NCBI GenBank assembly: GCA_002633005.1
Contig: NMRA01000019.1
Coordinates: forward strand, 584,343-648,342
Direction of reading: 5' to 3'
Length of the DNA: 64,000 nt
Source: Phoronis australis
Lineage: Eukaryota; Animalia; Phoronida
Shown here: positions 14,670 to 28,100 of the stretch, one piece after another
How the letters are laid out: each line of letters opens with the position of its first letter
Numbering within the stretch: position 1 is the first letter of the stretch
The notes under the pieces: model-generated
The model's input: only the letters and a program-made list of their open reading frames with translations
Told to the model about the DNA's origin: nothing
Database searches by the model: none
Translations under genes and position numbers: made by a program

Positions 14670-14814
14670 CAGGGGCGGATCCAGGATTTTTATTTAGGGG
14701 GGCAGGGCAGAGTATTAGCCAGGATTTTGCCCGTCATACTGCGCACCCCCGATTTGCCAAATGGAATCTGGGGGAGTTTTAGGGGAGCTCTGGCCCCCTC
14801 TAAATCTGCCACTG
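14670..14814. mobile_element. Short G/C-run MITE with CAG...CTG termini (family copy 2)
   Basis: TIRs CAGGGGCGGAT / ATCTGCCACTG; shares internal AGTATTAGCCAGGATTTTG and GCCAAATGGAATCTGG with copy 1; flanks GTGTG/GTGTT. Confidence 0.75.
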
Positions 14815-16889
14815 GTGTTATCAGCTTTTAACGAAACTTTGAATCAACAGTCAGACGGATGATGTTTACAATTTTATTCGTCAAACACTGCTGGTCGTGT
14901 GTTAAATCAACTGTGTCCAGGACCAGAGTATATAGCTGTTTCTAACAATTATACAAAAGATATCGGAAGGATGACCACTAGTGTCCCAGGCTCAAGATAT
15001 TTTGAGTTTAAAATGTGTTGTTTTGTTTCATATTGCAACTATCAATCTACGTTCACGTCTGCAAGTGGGACCTACACGTAACTAAAGCTCGCGAAATGCA
15101 TGTAATGCGATTTGTTACTGCGCGAATAGTGCACCCCTGTCAATACTCTTTGGCTTCAGTTGTGTCATCAAGTCGACAATATAGTCGATTCCAATCCCGA
15201 CTTATACACCTGCGAAGTCATAGTTCATAATTATCCCCTTAAACAGGTGCCAACGCGAGGAACCCACGTATTGGCAAACGAGAGTGATTAGCAGGCGAAC
15301 AATTAACGTTGCGGAGCTTACGTTGATTTCATCTTCGAGTCCGGAACATTCAGAGCGTTTAAAACACATCGATAATGCCGAGAAGCAGATCAAAACTTAA
15401 GCCAGCAACGAAACCAACAATATTAGCGATACGTGGTCTATCATATTACGAACATTCAGATCTCAACTTTGTTTGGTTCAACTAAAATGCAGCTAGTCCT
15501 TTGAACCAATAAATCGTCTCGTAACACACTGTGGTAGCAGACGAAATCATACTGGTTAAAATACTACCCTTTCAACATCGAATCAAAAAGGACAGAGAAT
15601 ACAAATGCGGCCCTTACATATGGATCATTCAAATTGGCCTACAAATTGAGGACCTGTGACTGTGAGTGAACTGACACATAGCCACGTTTTTTTTCTAAAA
15701 AAACTGTGACGTCATGGCAACAATTAGACTTCCCGAAACGGGCCCGTGGACTCGTCTTACTCTCGAGGCTTTCGCTTGGCCAATGGCGGGTTACAGAAAT
15801 GCTTGCATGGAGATCCGAAGTGCTCAGGTTTCTGTAGCACCGTCACTCCGTCGCGCCTGAATCGTGAAAATCAGATGAAGAAGAAAGTGTAAAGTAAAAA
15901 GGAAACAGTCTGTTGTAGGGCTGTACAGGCATTTTGTGTCTTTAAAAAGGACATTCTCGAATTGATTTTACAGGCAGAAAATGAACAGAAGCACGGATTC
16001 AAACCCACAAGCTTCGCAGTAGCAGCCACATATGGAATTCCAAGTCTATCAGTTCTTAACGCGTACGGGTTTTACACGTTAGCGCGTTAATCTAGGCTGG
16101 GGAAGGGTTTCGCTTGTATAGGCTTCGTTAGCATTATGGTACTTTACCGTGTTCCGGTTCCGTTAATCTTTTGACTTGATCAGACTGAGATTTTGATGCT
16201 CTAGAAGCTTTTATTCGTTGTAATTTATACATTCTAGTGGCCCAAATCAGTCACTAAATTCAAAATCTAGTAGCTTGACCAAGTGACAATGGCCAATTGA
16301 CATAATAACAATGAATTGGAGTTCATCCCTGTTAGCTGGATTTTATTCAGGGCATCTCATTTTCATGATTTGTCCAAACAGGAATGCCAAGCAGGTTGAA
16401 AGCAGTCTTAGTCCTGTGTGGTGTTTTATCTCTGAAACTGTACTCTCGCCACATTATAAACAGGTCAGTCTCACTCAATCACAGGGCCCTCATGGGATCT
16501 GTTGCAGCGTAGGTGTTTATGTCGACTACCACAGCAATAAGTCGGCAAACCAGCAATAATAACTGCTTGTGCAAGAATCAGAATCACGTTCACTCGTGAA
16601 TGTGAGGGCCAGGGTCATATTTTAGAATACAGATTTGTACAAGTCTTAAATAATCAATTAACCCGTTCTCAGAACCCGTCCCACCTAACGTAGTGACGAG
16701 CAAAGCCTTTACCAACTAACACCTGACAGGGTTGGAATCATAGCCAGCTGAGCGGGGCATTTAAGCGTAGTATTTTTAAACACCGGCCTAGATTTCAGCG
16801 AATGTCTGCTAGAAAGGAAATTGATTGCAATAAAATGTCCACAAAACAACGGATTTTGTTCTTTTCTAGTTCTAGTCAAAGCTGATTTG

Positions 16890-17081
16890 AACTTCACCAC
16901 GTACATCCTATCCAACTTCACCACGTGCATCCTATCCAACTTCACCACGTGCATCCTATCCAACTTCACCACGTGCATCCTATCCAACTTCACCACGTAC
17001 ATCCTATCCAACTTCACCACGTGCATCCTATCCAACTTCACCACGTGCATCCTATTCAACTTCACCACGTGCATCCTATCC
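16890..17081. repeat. 24-bp minisatellite x8 (AACTTCACCACGTGCATCCTATCC)
   Basis: Eight near-identical units counted directly; six carry CACGTG and two carry CACGTA. Confidence 0.97.
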
Positions 17082-17449
17082 GACAATAATCCCCAAAATC
17101 CATTTCTGACCCAGTCAAATCTACAATGCTCCCGTTAATATATTTGTTTAAGAGGTTAAAACGTCATGATGTAGCAATTATGAAAGATAAAAACAGCAAA
17201 ACCCATTGTCATTTTAGTAAACATTGAATATTCTTCAAAAAACGCTTTCTGGCAATGTTAACTGGAATCGAGGCGGTGACCTCATCAGTTGTTTCCACCC
17301 GATTTAATTAGTCTTTTTTACCGTCTTAATCGGTCTATATCCACCTCGCCTCTTTTACGGTCGACCTCACCTTGCCGAGACGTGTCGCGTTAACCTCTGA
17401 GGAAGGTAAGAAACGACACAACGACGTCAGTGGTTCGTCTGCAGAGTTA

Positions 17450-17664
17450 ATGCCGCTATATAGCTGTGCATCTTTCCCGCTTGTCCGAACCATGAAACTG
17501 CGAAGAAAGCGGGTATATCGAATTTTCGACTTCCTCGAGAGCCCGAAATGCTTAAGAAGTGGCTCGAGGTAGTGAAGAATGAAAGGTACGCTGTTAATAG
17601 CAAGTATGAGGCCGTGAAACATCTCCGAGTCTGTGGCCGGCATTTCGTCGACAGTGTTCTCTGA
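17450..17664 (+). pseudogene. Frameshifted THAP zinc-finger domain (transposase N-terminus relic)
   Basis: The frame from 17464 reads LCIFPACPNHETAKKAGISNFRLPREPEMLKKWLEVVKNERYAVNSKYEAVKHLRVCGRHFVDSVL*, a C-x4-C...P...W...C-x2-H-F THAP signature. The ATG at 17450 is out of frame. Confidence 0.8.
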
Positions 17665-17673
17665 AGAATTCCG

Positions 17674-17853
17674 GCTTACCAAAGAACTACCCATACGTTC
17701 CGTTGTCTGTGCACTGATGTTCACAGCGCTCCTCTAGTATTTCTTGATCAGTGTATTCCGGTTCGAACCTAACGATCCGACCCATGAAGCCTTCGTCGGA
17801 TGACTGGCTCTTGACTATATGTTAATCGAGATTGGCGCCGGGCGAGTTGCCAT
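17674..17853 (-). pseudogene. Decayed first exon of a KolX / P2X7-ballast-like (nanor-like) transposon gene
   Basis: Minus strand gives MATRPAP..., then SQSSDEGF..IVRFEPEYTDQEILEE, then ERMGSS followed by a GTAAGC donor, with frameshifts. This resembles the FEPE-acidic...RLGNxxW N-terminus of that family. Recognised from memory, not searched. Confidence 0.5.
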
Positions 17854-19846
17854 GTATTCTGCGTTCTGTTTCAAAATGAATTATTCTCATCCTAACCAAT
17901 GCTTATATAAAACTGAAACAAAGTCTGTCTTATTAGATACAATTTGGAAATTTCTTTGCAGTATTCGTAAGTGCAAATGTTGAGAAGCCAGCAATGAATA
18001 AACCACTGCGTTACCAGCTTTTGATGCCGTGAACGGTAATTGACCGAGCACGAGGCAGTGTGAGCGCATGCTAATTCAGTGTTTGCCGACAAAAAACAGT
18101 TGTGAAACAATTACTCGATTTTATATGCTATTGTCACATGTTAGGGGAATCTTTATTTAGAAATACAAATGCATTATTCAAATCATTGTTAATGTACAAC
18201 CTTTGCCCTAACGGTCTGTGGTTCCCAAGGGGAACCCGGACTTCGCGGCCCCCGACAAGTAAGTAGATTTTCAATTTCGTGGCTAATTCATGTAAATAAT
18301 TACGTGCACATTATTTCTTTGGCTCACTGTTACCAGTGTTTTAGTGGGACGTAGGCGCAGCCAACCACCTTTTGGCATTTGAACGTAGCGCCTACGCACC
18401 GTAAGTTAAGTTCAGTGCTAAAGGTGATACGGTGGGCTTTCGGCGCCTACTTACCTCTACTTTTACCACTACAGCACTGACTAATCTTTTCGTGACTGGA
18501 GGTTTATTATCTCCGAACAGACCCCAAGCTCCTGCTACGGACCTTGGTAAATTGGCCTGCCGAACTTTGTAGGCTACGGTGTCAGTCCAAATACCAATAA
18601 ATCCGTAACAGCGAAATAAAACAACACGTTTTATAAAAACTTGGTGTATTTTTAAGGGTTTTACATCGAAGTTTGGTGATTTATTGGTGTTAAACGATGA
18701 ATTCAAGCGATAAGCTGACACCAGTAACCCGTGTTGTGAACTGCTGAACAGACTGTGTGTGAAACCAATGACGTCATTGGATAATTTCAACACCTCCGTC
18801 TGCCGTCAGGTGTCAGGTAACGCAACCGAACGTGCCGTTATCGAGTAGAACTACTCGATATAAATTGATACAAATAGGTTGTTTTGGGGGTGGCATTCTC
18901 CTTTAAAATTTCTGTCGCAGCCCCAGAAGACCAGCAGCCCTGGTTAATCAGACATGGCTGACTAAATGGCTCTACGCTGCAACGCAGAAAGAAAACTTCA
19001 GGAAAGCCGCACACTCCAGACTCGTTCACAATATCACCCTGACATGCATTCGATTTTAACGGTAGACAACCATTCAACGGCTTGAATTCTACTGAGCAAC
19101 GAGGTCGAGTCACATAGCCAGCCAATGGACGCACGAATTTTAACCAATGAAACTTGTGTGATCGTGCGATTTGCTTGTAATGAATAGCGGTACCTCAACC
19201 TTGCATTTTGGCGAGGGTTTGTTTTGCGTCTGCGGATCGTGTACGTGGGCTGTAGGTTTGTTCGAGGTGCGATGCGGGCGCTTGTGTGTGGTGCTGAACA
19301 AAGCCGGCGTAAAAAGCGAAGGGTTAATCTCCTGAGTATATGCGAAGAGCCGAAGCTCATTGAGGAAATATTCTCTCCAGAATAAGCGCTGGACTGCCGT
19401 GCGAGTTATCGTGACTTACTTTTCTCGGGTCTTGCTAGATCCGGCTGCCGTGTGGGTATGCATTCCTCTCCCATCTTCAAGAAATGGTTTGGCATTCATA
19501 ACTATTCTTGGTTGATTTTAAAAAGGTTTTTGAAAGATATAAAATTAAATTCTTCGTTGAGCCTCACAAACTTATAGGACTAATTATACTGAGCTTGCTT
19601 TCCTAGTGACCGGCTTATCCGTCAGGTCACGTTTTTCAAAAGAGGATGTCGCCGGTCATCGGTGTTACAAATTTTGGGGAAAATAAAAGCAAAAGAAAAC
19701 ACCTTTACGTAAGAAAGACGATGTATTTTTATCAACTCAGTCGAGCTATCTTTCCAGAACACCTTAAAAAATAAGCAAATCGGAAGTCTTCACGTGTTGC
19801 CTCAGTCAATTTTTCAAATTATCACATGTTATATAAATACAATGCA

Positions 19847-19972
19847 CAGTAGTGGATCAAGGCTGTCACAAAAGGAAAGTGGGCGTGTAATAACTAAAAA
19901 TGGCTTGCCGGGCGGTTTTCTGGTCTTATGGCGGTAAAGGGGTGAGGACCAGGTCCCCTATATCCGTCTACG
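19847..19972. mobile_element. Highly decayed relative of the CAG...GGAT MITE type
   Basis: Ends CAGTAGTGGATC / ATATCCGTCTACG with a terminal GGGG...CCCC stem. Confidence 0.3.
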
Positions 19973-22020
19973 ACACATCTTGGAATGAAAGTGATGTGAA
20001 GATATAGTTTCCATCAATTTAGAGCATGTTATTGTATTATCTAATCGAAAGATGACATTAAAATAGGAATATGTTGTTAGGCACAATTCTGTTTGTTCTT
20101 AATTTTCTAGTGGAGCTCAGAGTCGTTTAATTTTGCACATAAAACTGATAGTGCACCACTGGAGAGTAAAAAATAAGTAAATAAATATTATTTCGTTTTT
20201 TCAAAAGTTACCCCATTCATTTTCTCGCTTTTAAAGATACTCCTTCCCTACATTGACCAATCAGAACACAGGATGGGTTCCGTCAATCAAAAGATATCAC
20301 TGAAATATAAACATTTCGTAACTTTCAGCCATGTTTGTGTTTGCCTCATTTAACTATTATTTTTTTAAAGTGGGGGGGTTTCCGAGAAAGCCTCAATACA
20401 CATGGCGGCATTTGAGGGAATACCCATAATGCACGAGTCAGCTGCCACTCAATGCGCCGGCCATTTTAGGTTAAGTTAGAAAATATTTGGAGTTTGATGA
20501 ATGAGCATTATTTGGTCTTAGTTTTGACTGAAATTAGTTGCACAGAAATCCGTTTTATGAAGGTTTTAATAAAATGAAACGGAAAGCATGTCTTTATAGG
20601 GTGTTGCATTCCAACAGTCCTGTATTTATTTGCAGCAAATACAGTTAAAATTGTCGAATCCTTATTTTCTATTTTTGATTGGTCTTGAATTTTGGAACTT
20701 AAACTAACTTAAGATTTTGTGAGGTTTCACAAGAGTTTAATTTTTTTTCAGCAAGCAAAATAAACTTTGGGTAGGCTTGTCTTACGACCACGGCTAATAA
20801 ATATTCAACATTTAGAGTGACCCATATTTCCAAAATCGCCATGAGGACTCAGACGATCGATCGCAAACTTGTTGTTTTCAAATGGTGAACTCGGCAAGTT
20901 CGCTGCTCGTTTTCAATCCAGTTTCTGCCGTCTAAAGTCCAAATCGATGACATTATCATTTGATTGGTAACGTTTCGGGTGAAAACGTATATCAGCTTTT
21001 TAAATGCAGTTTTCAATCAACATATGAAGAAGCAGCTAAAAATCTGTACAGTTTCATTGCTATTACGTAACATAAAATCTCGACTGCAAAACGCGTAACT
21101 GCACATATATGTTTCAGATTAGGTCAGTTCAATAAACGACTGACTGCCGAAGGACATAGAGCAGCACGCAACATTGTTGAATAATTACGCGCTTGAATTG
21201 GTCCCGTGTTTTGGTGGCGTTTGCTATGCAGTACGTGTAAATTGGGAAACCACTCAACAGAGACCCTTCGACCCAAGGCAATCCGGAGATGTGGGATCCG
21301 CGACAGTTAGCTCCGCCCCCTTTATGTCAAACAATGATAGTATCACATCGAGTGGTTTGTTGAATGATCTTAGAATCTTAGGGAGACCTAATGAAAACAA
21401 AATACAACGCAAGCACAGATAAGACACGTGACCCTATTAAAAGTTGGTCTTGGTAAACTAGATTAGACAACGAATTAAGTGATTATAATACTTTACTGAT
21501 AACATGTGCATGGAATATCTCTACAGTAAGTGTGTGTTTTCGGTGCAAAATGTAGCATTCCAAATGCTCTGACTCCCAATTTATTGACGCATCAGAACAC
21601 ACTTGGATCATTATTGTTGAGAATTCGTTACCATTTCTACACTCAGCAACTCAGTGTTTTTTGTTGCACCAAACTACAAAGAGAATTTGAGCAGTTTTAA
21701 CCGTCGATTTTCTTTGTTTTTTTCCAAAATACCTGAACATAAATACATCACGAATTCAAAAATCTGTCTAACACAATCTGAGGTAAACAAAGTAATGCAA
21801 CACAAATTGTGTCTTTTATGTTCGTTATGGTATCAAAGACATAAAGACGTGTAATTCGTATCTAATAAACGATAATCATAATTTCCCTTCTGGTAACTAT
21901 TCGCTGTCGTAGCATGTTATGAACGGGACGCACGTCATGGATGCGCTTTACCACACTGCTCCCCTATAATGTAAACGAACAAGGAGTATTAATTGTGGAC
22001 TATTGCCCGTCATTGAGTGC

Positions 22021-22070
22021 TTGATTAGCCCAATGAAAGGGGCCAATACACACCTCATTAAAAGCCTGTG
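22021..22070 (+). promoter_or_regulatory. Putative Hhex core promoter: two CCAAT boxes and a TATA-like element
   Basis: CCAAT at 22030 and 22043; ATTAAAAG at 22057, about 60 bp upstream of the ATG. Confidence 0.45.
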
Positions 22071-22116
22071 TATATTCGGAAGCTGATCAGAAGAAACCGA
22101 GACATCGCACGAAGGC

Positions 22117-25100
22117 ATGCTGCATTCACTATCACACTCGAGTAGTCAACTCTCGGGTCTGGCCGGGACCCACGGTTTGATCTACGTCCCGCGAGACAAT
22201 CCGCCGTCAGACTCTCAGCACGGACAGACTTCGTTTATGATAGATGACATTCTAGGTAGACGACGCAGCTCGTCACCTGTGAGGCCAAAGCCCGTCGCTA
22301 ACCACCCAGGACTGGTCAAGCCAACGGCAGTCTATGAGTCCTTACCTTTCTTTCCAGCGGCCCCTTACCCTGCTGCCGCTACCGCCAGTCCATTGTACCC
22401 ATTCGCAGCATTCTCCAGAACCGACTTCCCGCCCGGCTTTATGGATATCCATAGCCCGTTTGCAAAAAGCCTTTTTGGTGGTGAGTATTGCAAATAAAAA
22501 CAAGCGATGAAAAACTAATTTAAAATGTTAAGAAATTAACCACAAACATTTAATGTGGGTAACAAGACTTTTCCAGGAATTTAAACACTTTTGCTGCAAA
22601 GGGATTAAATTTATAAAAGTAGTTTAGAGAACAGAATAACGAATGCGTGACTTTTAACGGTTGTTATACTGAGTTTTCATTTCGGTAAAAATACGTTTAT
22701 TTGCAGTAATTTATGTGTTGCAAAGGAAACTATAGTGTGTATATTGTAAAGTTTGACCTGTTTTACTTCATCAGTTGTGACTTGAACTTTTGAAATTTCC
22801 AATTAAAACAAAGTCAGTATCTCACGCGTTTTTTTTCATTTTAACGGTTTTAACTGCCAAAAGATCACTGCTTATTTAAAAATAATGTAGACCATTTCTC
22901 TTTAATTAAACACTAATCTTTTGCTATATTTCCCGGATATTAATTATTGATTTTTCCAAATATGACTACTTGAAGAAAATCCGCTTGACAAAAATGTCAG
23001 ATCGTCAGCAAATAATTGACTTCTTGTATCATCCTCCAACTTTTTATCTGTGCTTGGGAATATGCCGTGTGTACATAATTCTTGAAGTACACGGAAACAC
23101 TCTTTGAGTCTGGTCACATTCACCACGTTTACTAGTTAGCAGAAATGTGTGAAGTTGAACCGTGTGATTGAAGCAAGGACCTGCTTAATATAGTGGAGAT
23201 ATCTACTTGTACTTGAGTTGAAGTATCTCATTCATCGCATCATTGTAAAAATATAAATTTTCACGAACTTCGTGCTGACCATCATAGTTTACAAGAACGT
23301 TATTTTAAACGAGTTAAATAATTAACTCTGATGGCGCTTATCACCAACGACTGTTTGTTTCCTATTATTGCTGTGGCCGAAAATAAGGAATGTCATTTAG
23401 TATTGGTTCTACAGGATTAGTCTTTTGAAGAAAGTAATTTTCTGAGATCTGGCTCTCCACCTCCCGCGGTTCCATTCAAACGTTCTGCTGGCGGAGGTAA
23501 ATTCCGCAATGGCAACCTATTTTAAGCGCATTTACTGAAATCGCCTGCCTTAACTTCAGCGAATTTCTGACAGACTATGACGAGAATTGGCCATTTGTAA
23601 AAAAATCTCAAAATCTCAACGGGTTTTGTTGCTTTCTAGCTCTGGTCAAAGTTAATAACAATAATAATACCAAACAGTCGTCTTCGGCCGTAAAACCAAT
23701 AATGTCCCCTAAGTCGCCCAACGAGATCCCTACCGTTAGGGCTCTGTTATATTGAACAATGATCTGATGCCGACTTATTAAATGCGCTTGTGTGGCTTTG
23801 AAATAATAAAGCCAAATACAGGGTGGAAGGCATTGTTTACTCCATTATACACTAGCAGGACACATTATTGGTGAATTCATACAGTCTTTTTCGCAAAATT
23901 AGTGTAAAAATATGAAAAAACACGCGATTCATTTACATTTGCATAGCGGTTGGCTTGGTAATGGCAAATCACGATGCTGAATAAAATCCACTCATCCCGA
24001 AATTATGAAAGATATAACGAATCGTAATACAAATACAATTATATAACTCTGTGTTTATGCTTTTTAAAGCACGCTTCTTCGGTGGAATTACTAAAAATGT
24101 GGTGTTCGAAATTGATGGTGAGTTTAGGGCCATCATTGCATAACCCGCCCCCCACACTGCGAGCAGAGCCTCGTGAGTTTGGGACCATCGGTGTAACCCT
24201 CTCACGCTGCGGACGGCGTGTATTGAGATGGACAGTGACTTCGATAAAACATATATAAAGTGGCACTGCAAGCGAGAAAAGGGATTCACTGAATTAGTCG
24301 CAGCGAGGGTTCGAACTTGGAACCTTTGAGGGTTTCAGCAAAACGTTCTGCTGGCGTTGCTAAGCCCCACTCGCTTAATAATAGAGTAGTTTAGTGAATT
24401 GCACTAGTAGAGTCATACGCCTTGATTTCAGCCAATATCTGGAGGACAACGGCCAGTTCTATGAAAATCTCAAAAAACACAGATTTTATTGTCTTATACG
24501 TCTGGTTCAAGCTCATATTTTCGAAAGTCTATCCCATCAGACAATAATATCAAAATGTGTTTTCGGCCGTAAAAAATAATGTAACTTTGAAAGAAAGCTT
24601 GCGTATGTACATATATGTATATACATGTACGGTATAAATAATTTGAATAAACATTTATTTTACTTTGCATTACTAATTTGCAAAACTGAATTTCCTGCTT
24701 CGTTGAACCAGTCTTGATTGATTTAAATTGTATTTATTTATTTAAATAATTATTTTCATCCTCAAACTCCCATATCTACTTCCACAGCCGCATAATAATT
24801 TGATGAGTCAGGATTATAGCTTGTTAAAAACCAACAAGGCATATTCAGATGTTTCGACGAGATAAACTCAATTGAGAAATGATCACTTGCCTCGTACGGA
24901 AATGCCCCATTACAGAGGGAAAGTATTGGATTAATTCTATCATACGAATTGACGTTTCTAATGAAGACTTCATGAGTTAGGGTTCAAATCTCAGTTGGAT
25001 TCTTAATTTAGCGCGTGATTAAATTGAAACCTGTCGAACTTATGTCCAATACGTGTTTACCGAGTTAAGATAAAAAACTCCAATGATTGAGTCACGGAAC

Positions 25101-28100
25101 TGTAGCAAATGTCGGATAAATTGGTTCTTAAATCGGTATGGTGTTGCAATAACGTTGAAGATGTCAAAAGTTTAAACCCGTGCTCTCTGCCAAAGAACAA
25201 GTTTTTATTTAGCCCACTTCATGTTATGAGATTGCTATTGTCTCAGGAAAAGCTGGCAACTCGTTATTTCTTCAGACTTAAGATTAGTAAAATTCCAGGT
25301 CACGCCGTAAGATCACACCTATCTTGATTAAGGAAACTTTTAAGACCGATTTCGTGACGGTAAATTGCCTAAAACATAACGTGTTTCCTGGCATAAAGCT
25401 GTCATTTCAATTCCACTGTGCCTGTACTGTAAATAATAAAGCATAAACAAAATCAAAGCTACCATTGTAATGTGTAACCTATTGGACTGCAATCCGTTGC
25501 GATTTCCGAGATGATTCTTTGTTAAGTTTATTATGCTTCAAATTCACACACCCATAAAATTCCCGTATTGACTAAATCGAAAGTTTTACTTGTGTTACGC
25601 ACGTCCGTGATAAAACAGGTTGTCATTAAATTAACGAATCGCTGATGCAATTTAAAGTGATATCTCTTAATGTGTTTGTTTTCGTTAGACAACTTACCCA
25701 GTCTCGGTAATACAGCAGTCGTGGACAAACAACATAATATATCGGGCAATTAAACAAACACTTTATTAGTTTTAGATAAATAAATGTGTAATTCAAATTG
25801 ATGTCTAATTGTATGGTCCACTATTGACCGCAATACAAATGTTTACCTGTAAATATATGAGTATTGCTAAAGCGTAAGGATTATCAAATGTCTTAGTGGA
25901 AGCTCTCACGATGTTGCGAGCCAGCGCGTTCGGATTACAAACACTCGTGTCTAAAAGCTTGAAACTCGACTTATGGCCTTGAAGCTAGTTAGCCTTAACG
26001 TAGCTATTGTGCTTCGTTTATCATCTAATTAACTACGTCAAAAAATTGATACTTTTACTTTCACTTGTCCGTCTGCCTGCCTGTCTGTCCGTCTTTCACA
26101 AGCTATGCACGGAATACGCTTCCGGTAATTTTAATGGTTACGGGCGTCTTGCAAAAAGTGACACTAATGAATTTTTATTCTTCTTCGTTTCGGTTCCCCA
26201 TGCTCTAACCAAAAATCTAATCAATTGATCTTTCATCGTTTCTTCAAAACCCCTTCACTACATTTTGAGAGACAAGCGAAGGTATAATGATAACGATAAC
26301 ACGAGTTAGAATAATAAGAAATGGATAATTTGAAGAGGAATTAAATTAAAGGTGATTAATTATGACAATAACGACAATGTTAGCGCTAATATTAATTACG
26401 TGGTAATGGAATTAGAAAATATAACAACAACACGACACTGTTACAAATTTAGAGTAAAAGATCATGTTTTTATTCTCCCAAACATTATACGTAACTTATG
26501 ATTTTTTTCTGATTTTTTCTGATTTTTTCTGAAAGGTATAGGAAGTTGTAAAACACTGACATTTCGTATTGACTTTCACAACCCAAAGAGTAGGCCCTAC
26601 AAAGACACCGTAATTGTTGCCAAATTGGTGTCAGAGCCAAACTCAGACATGAAGATTTTTCCTAACTCAGAACACCACATCAATTTTCTCAGCTGTTACA
26701 ATACATTCCCTCCGTCATTCGAACGCTATAAGAATGTTTGTCAAACGTTTCGCGGCACTTGTGTATGGCTTTGTCAATAAAGTTCTGGTGACCGTCAAAA
26801 AATAAATAATTAAACTTAAAAATTATTAATTGAATTTTAATAATTTCTTTTAAAGATAAAGGCCACTTTGAAAAAAGCAGTATTTAGAAAGTTGTTTCAT
26901 CTCCTTCGTATATTATGATTCATAGTGTGATTTTTAACAGAAAAAGCGGATAATCTCCATAAAACCAGGTTTCAATTTTTCCTTGTACTTACTCAACATT
27001 AAACACTTGTAGAACAGTTCAAAAGGAAACTGTGTGACACGAGACGTTATCTCTCAACACCAGGGATAATTTTTGTCACGCACCGATTGTTAAATTTCGC
27101 CACATCCTCGTTACTCTCAGTAATTACCGGGGTTCGTCTTACAAATGAGTGTTCAAGTGCTCTCAATTAACCAGCAACAGCTCAATTACTCACGAGTCAC
27201 GAAATTGTGTTGACTGGTCTTCAACGAAACAACGGCAGACGCGACCTCTATCAATGGACCCGCTAAAAATACCGTTGCGCGAGTTTTCTCATCTTAAACA
27301 CTGAGGCCCGTTCCAGAAAACTGACTTATCTAAGACAAATATTAAATTTCAGTCAATTTTAAGATAAAATTTAAATTTGTCTTAAGACCGTTTCAAGAAA
27401 GAGATACTTGACTTAAGTTTTTGACTTTTTTTCTTAATTTTGACTATTTTATCGGATGTGGAAGTTTCAGAGTTTGGAAATTGAGACAAATCTTAGACTT
27501 ATGTCAACAATGAACTTAAGTCAGTTTCTTGTAACGGGCCCAGGTCTTTTTTCATCTAAAACATCGGTCTTATTTTACTCAAAGTCGTTCCTTCCTTGAT
27601 AGAAGTCAACAAGTACATTTCACCTGCTCAGTTGTTTCAAGAAACGTTCGATTGTCTTGCAATTGACGATCATTCGTCAATACTTCACATCAACTTGTGA
27701 AAGTCGCCAAATAATGAAATCGAACATACGAACCCGGGAATAGTCTCTTCTCTCCTTGTCCTGGGCGTTCATATGTTTGTAGTCAGCTGATGCAGTCGAT
27801 ATAGTTTGTACCTAGATGACCTGATAAAGCTGAAACCAAGAAATCAATGGAAAGTGTTTACTTAATTTGTAAGATTATCAGTGTTCCTCGCGATCACTGC
27901 TAGCAAAAGTCGGTTCCACTACAATAAATCTCGTATATTAGGCCAGGGTAATTATGCAATACTGTGTGTCTTCGGTGTGCAGCAATTAACTGCACGGGTA
28001 AGATAAGTGGGGAGAATTAAACAGGTGTCCTTTTCTCAACCTGATTAGGGAGATGATGGTCATATAGCTACTTGACTCCTCAGAAGGATAGATTTTTAAA

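Noticed and set aside
16709-17138. ORFs with RMHVVKLD / NFTTCILS repeats; CRISPR-like periodicity
   Set aside because: Head-to-tail 24-bp minisatellite without spacers in eukaryotic DNA; the ORFs are a by-product of a unit length divisible by 3.
17335-17724. 129-aa minus-strand ORF as a gene
   Set aside because: Mostly the antisense shadow of the THAP relic; only its first ~15 residues belong to the suspected KolX-like exon.
27760-27840. Possible minimal hammerhead ribozyme (CTGATAA...GAAAC)
   Set aside because: The core deviates from CUGANGA and convincing helices could not be drawn.
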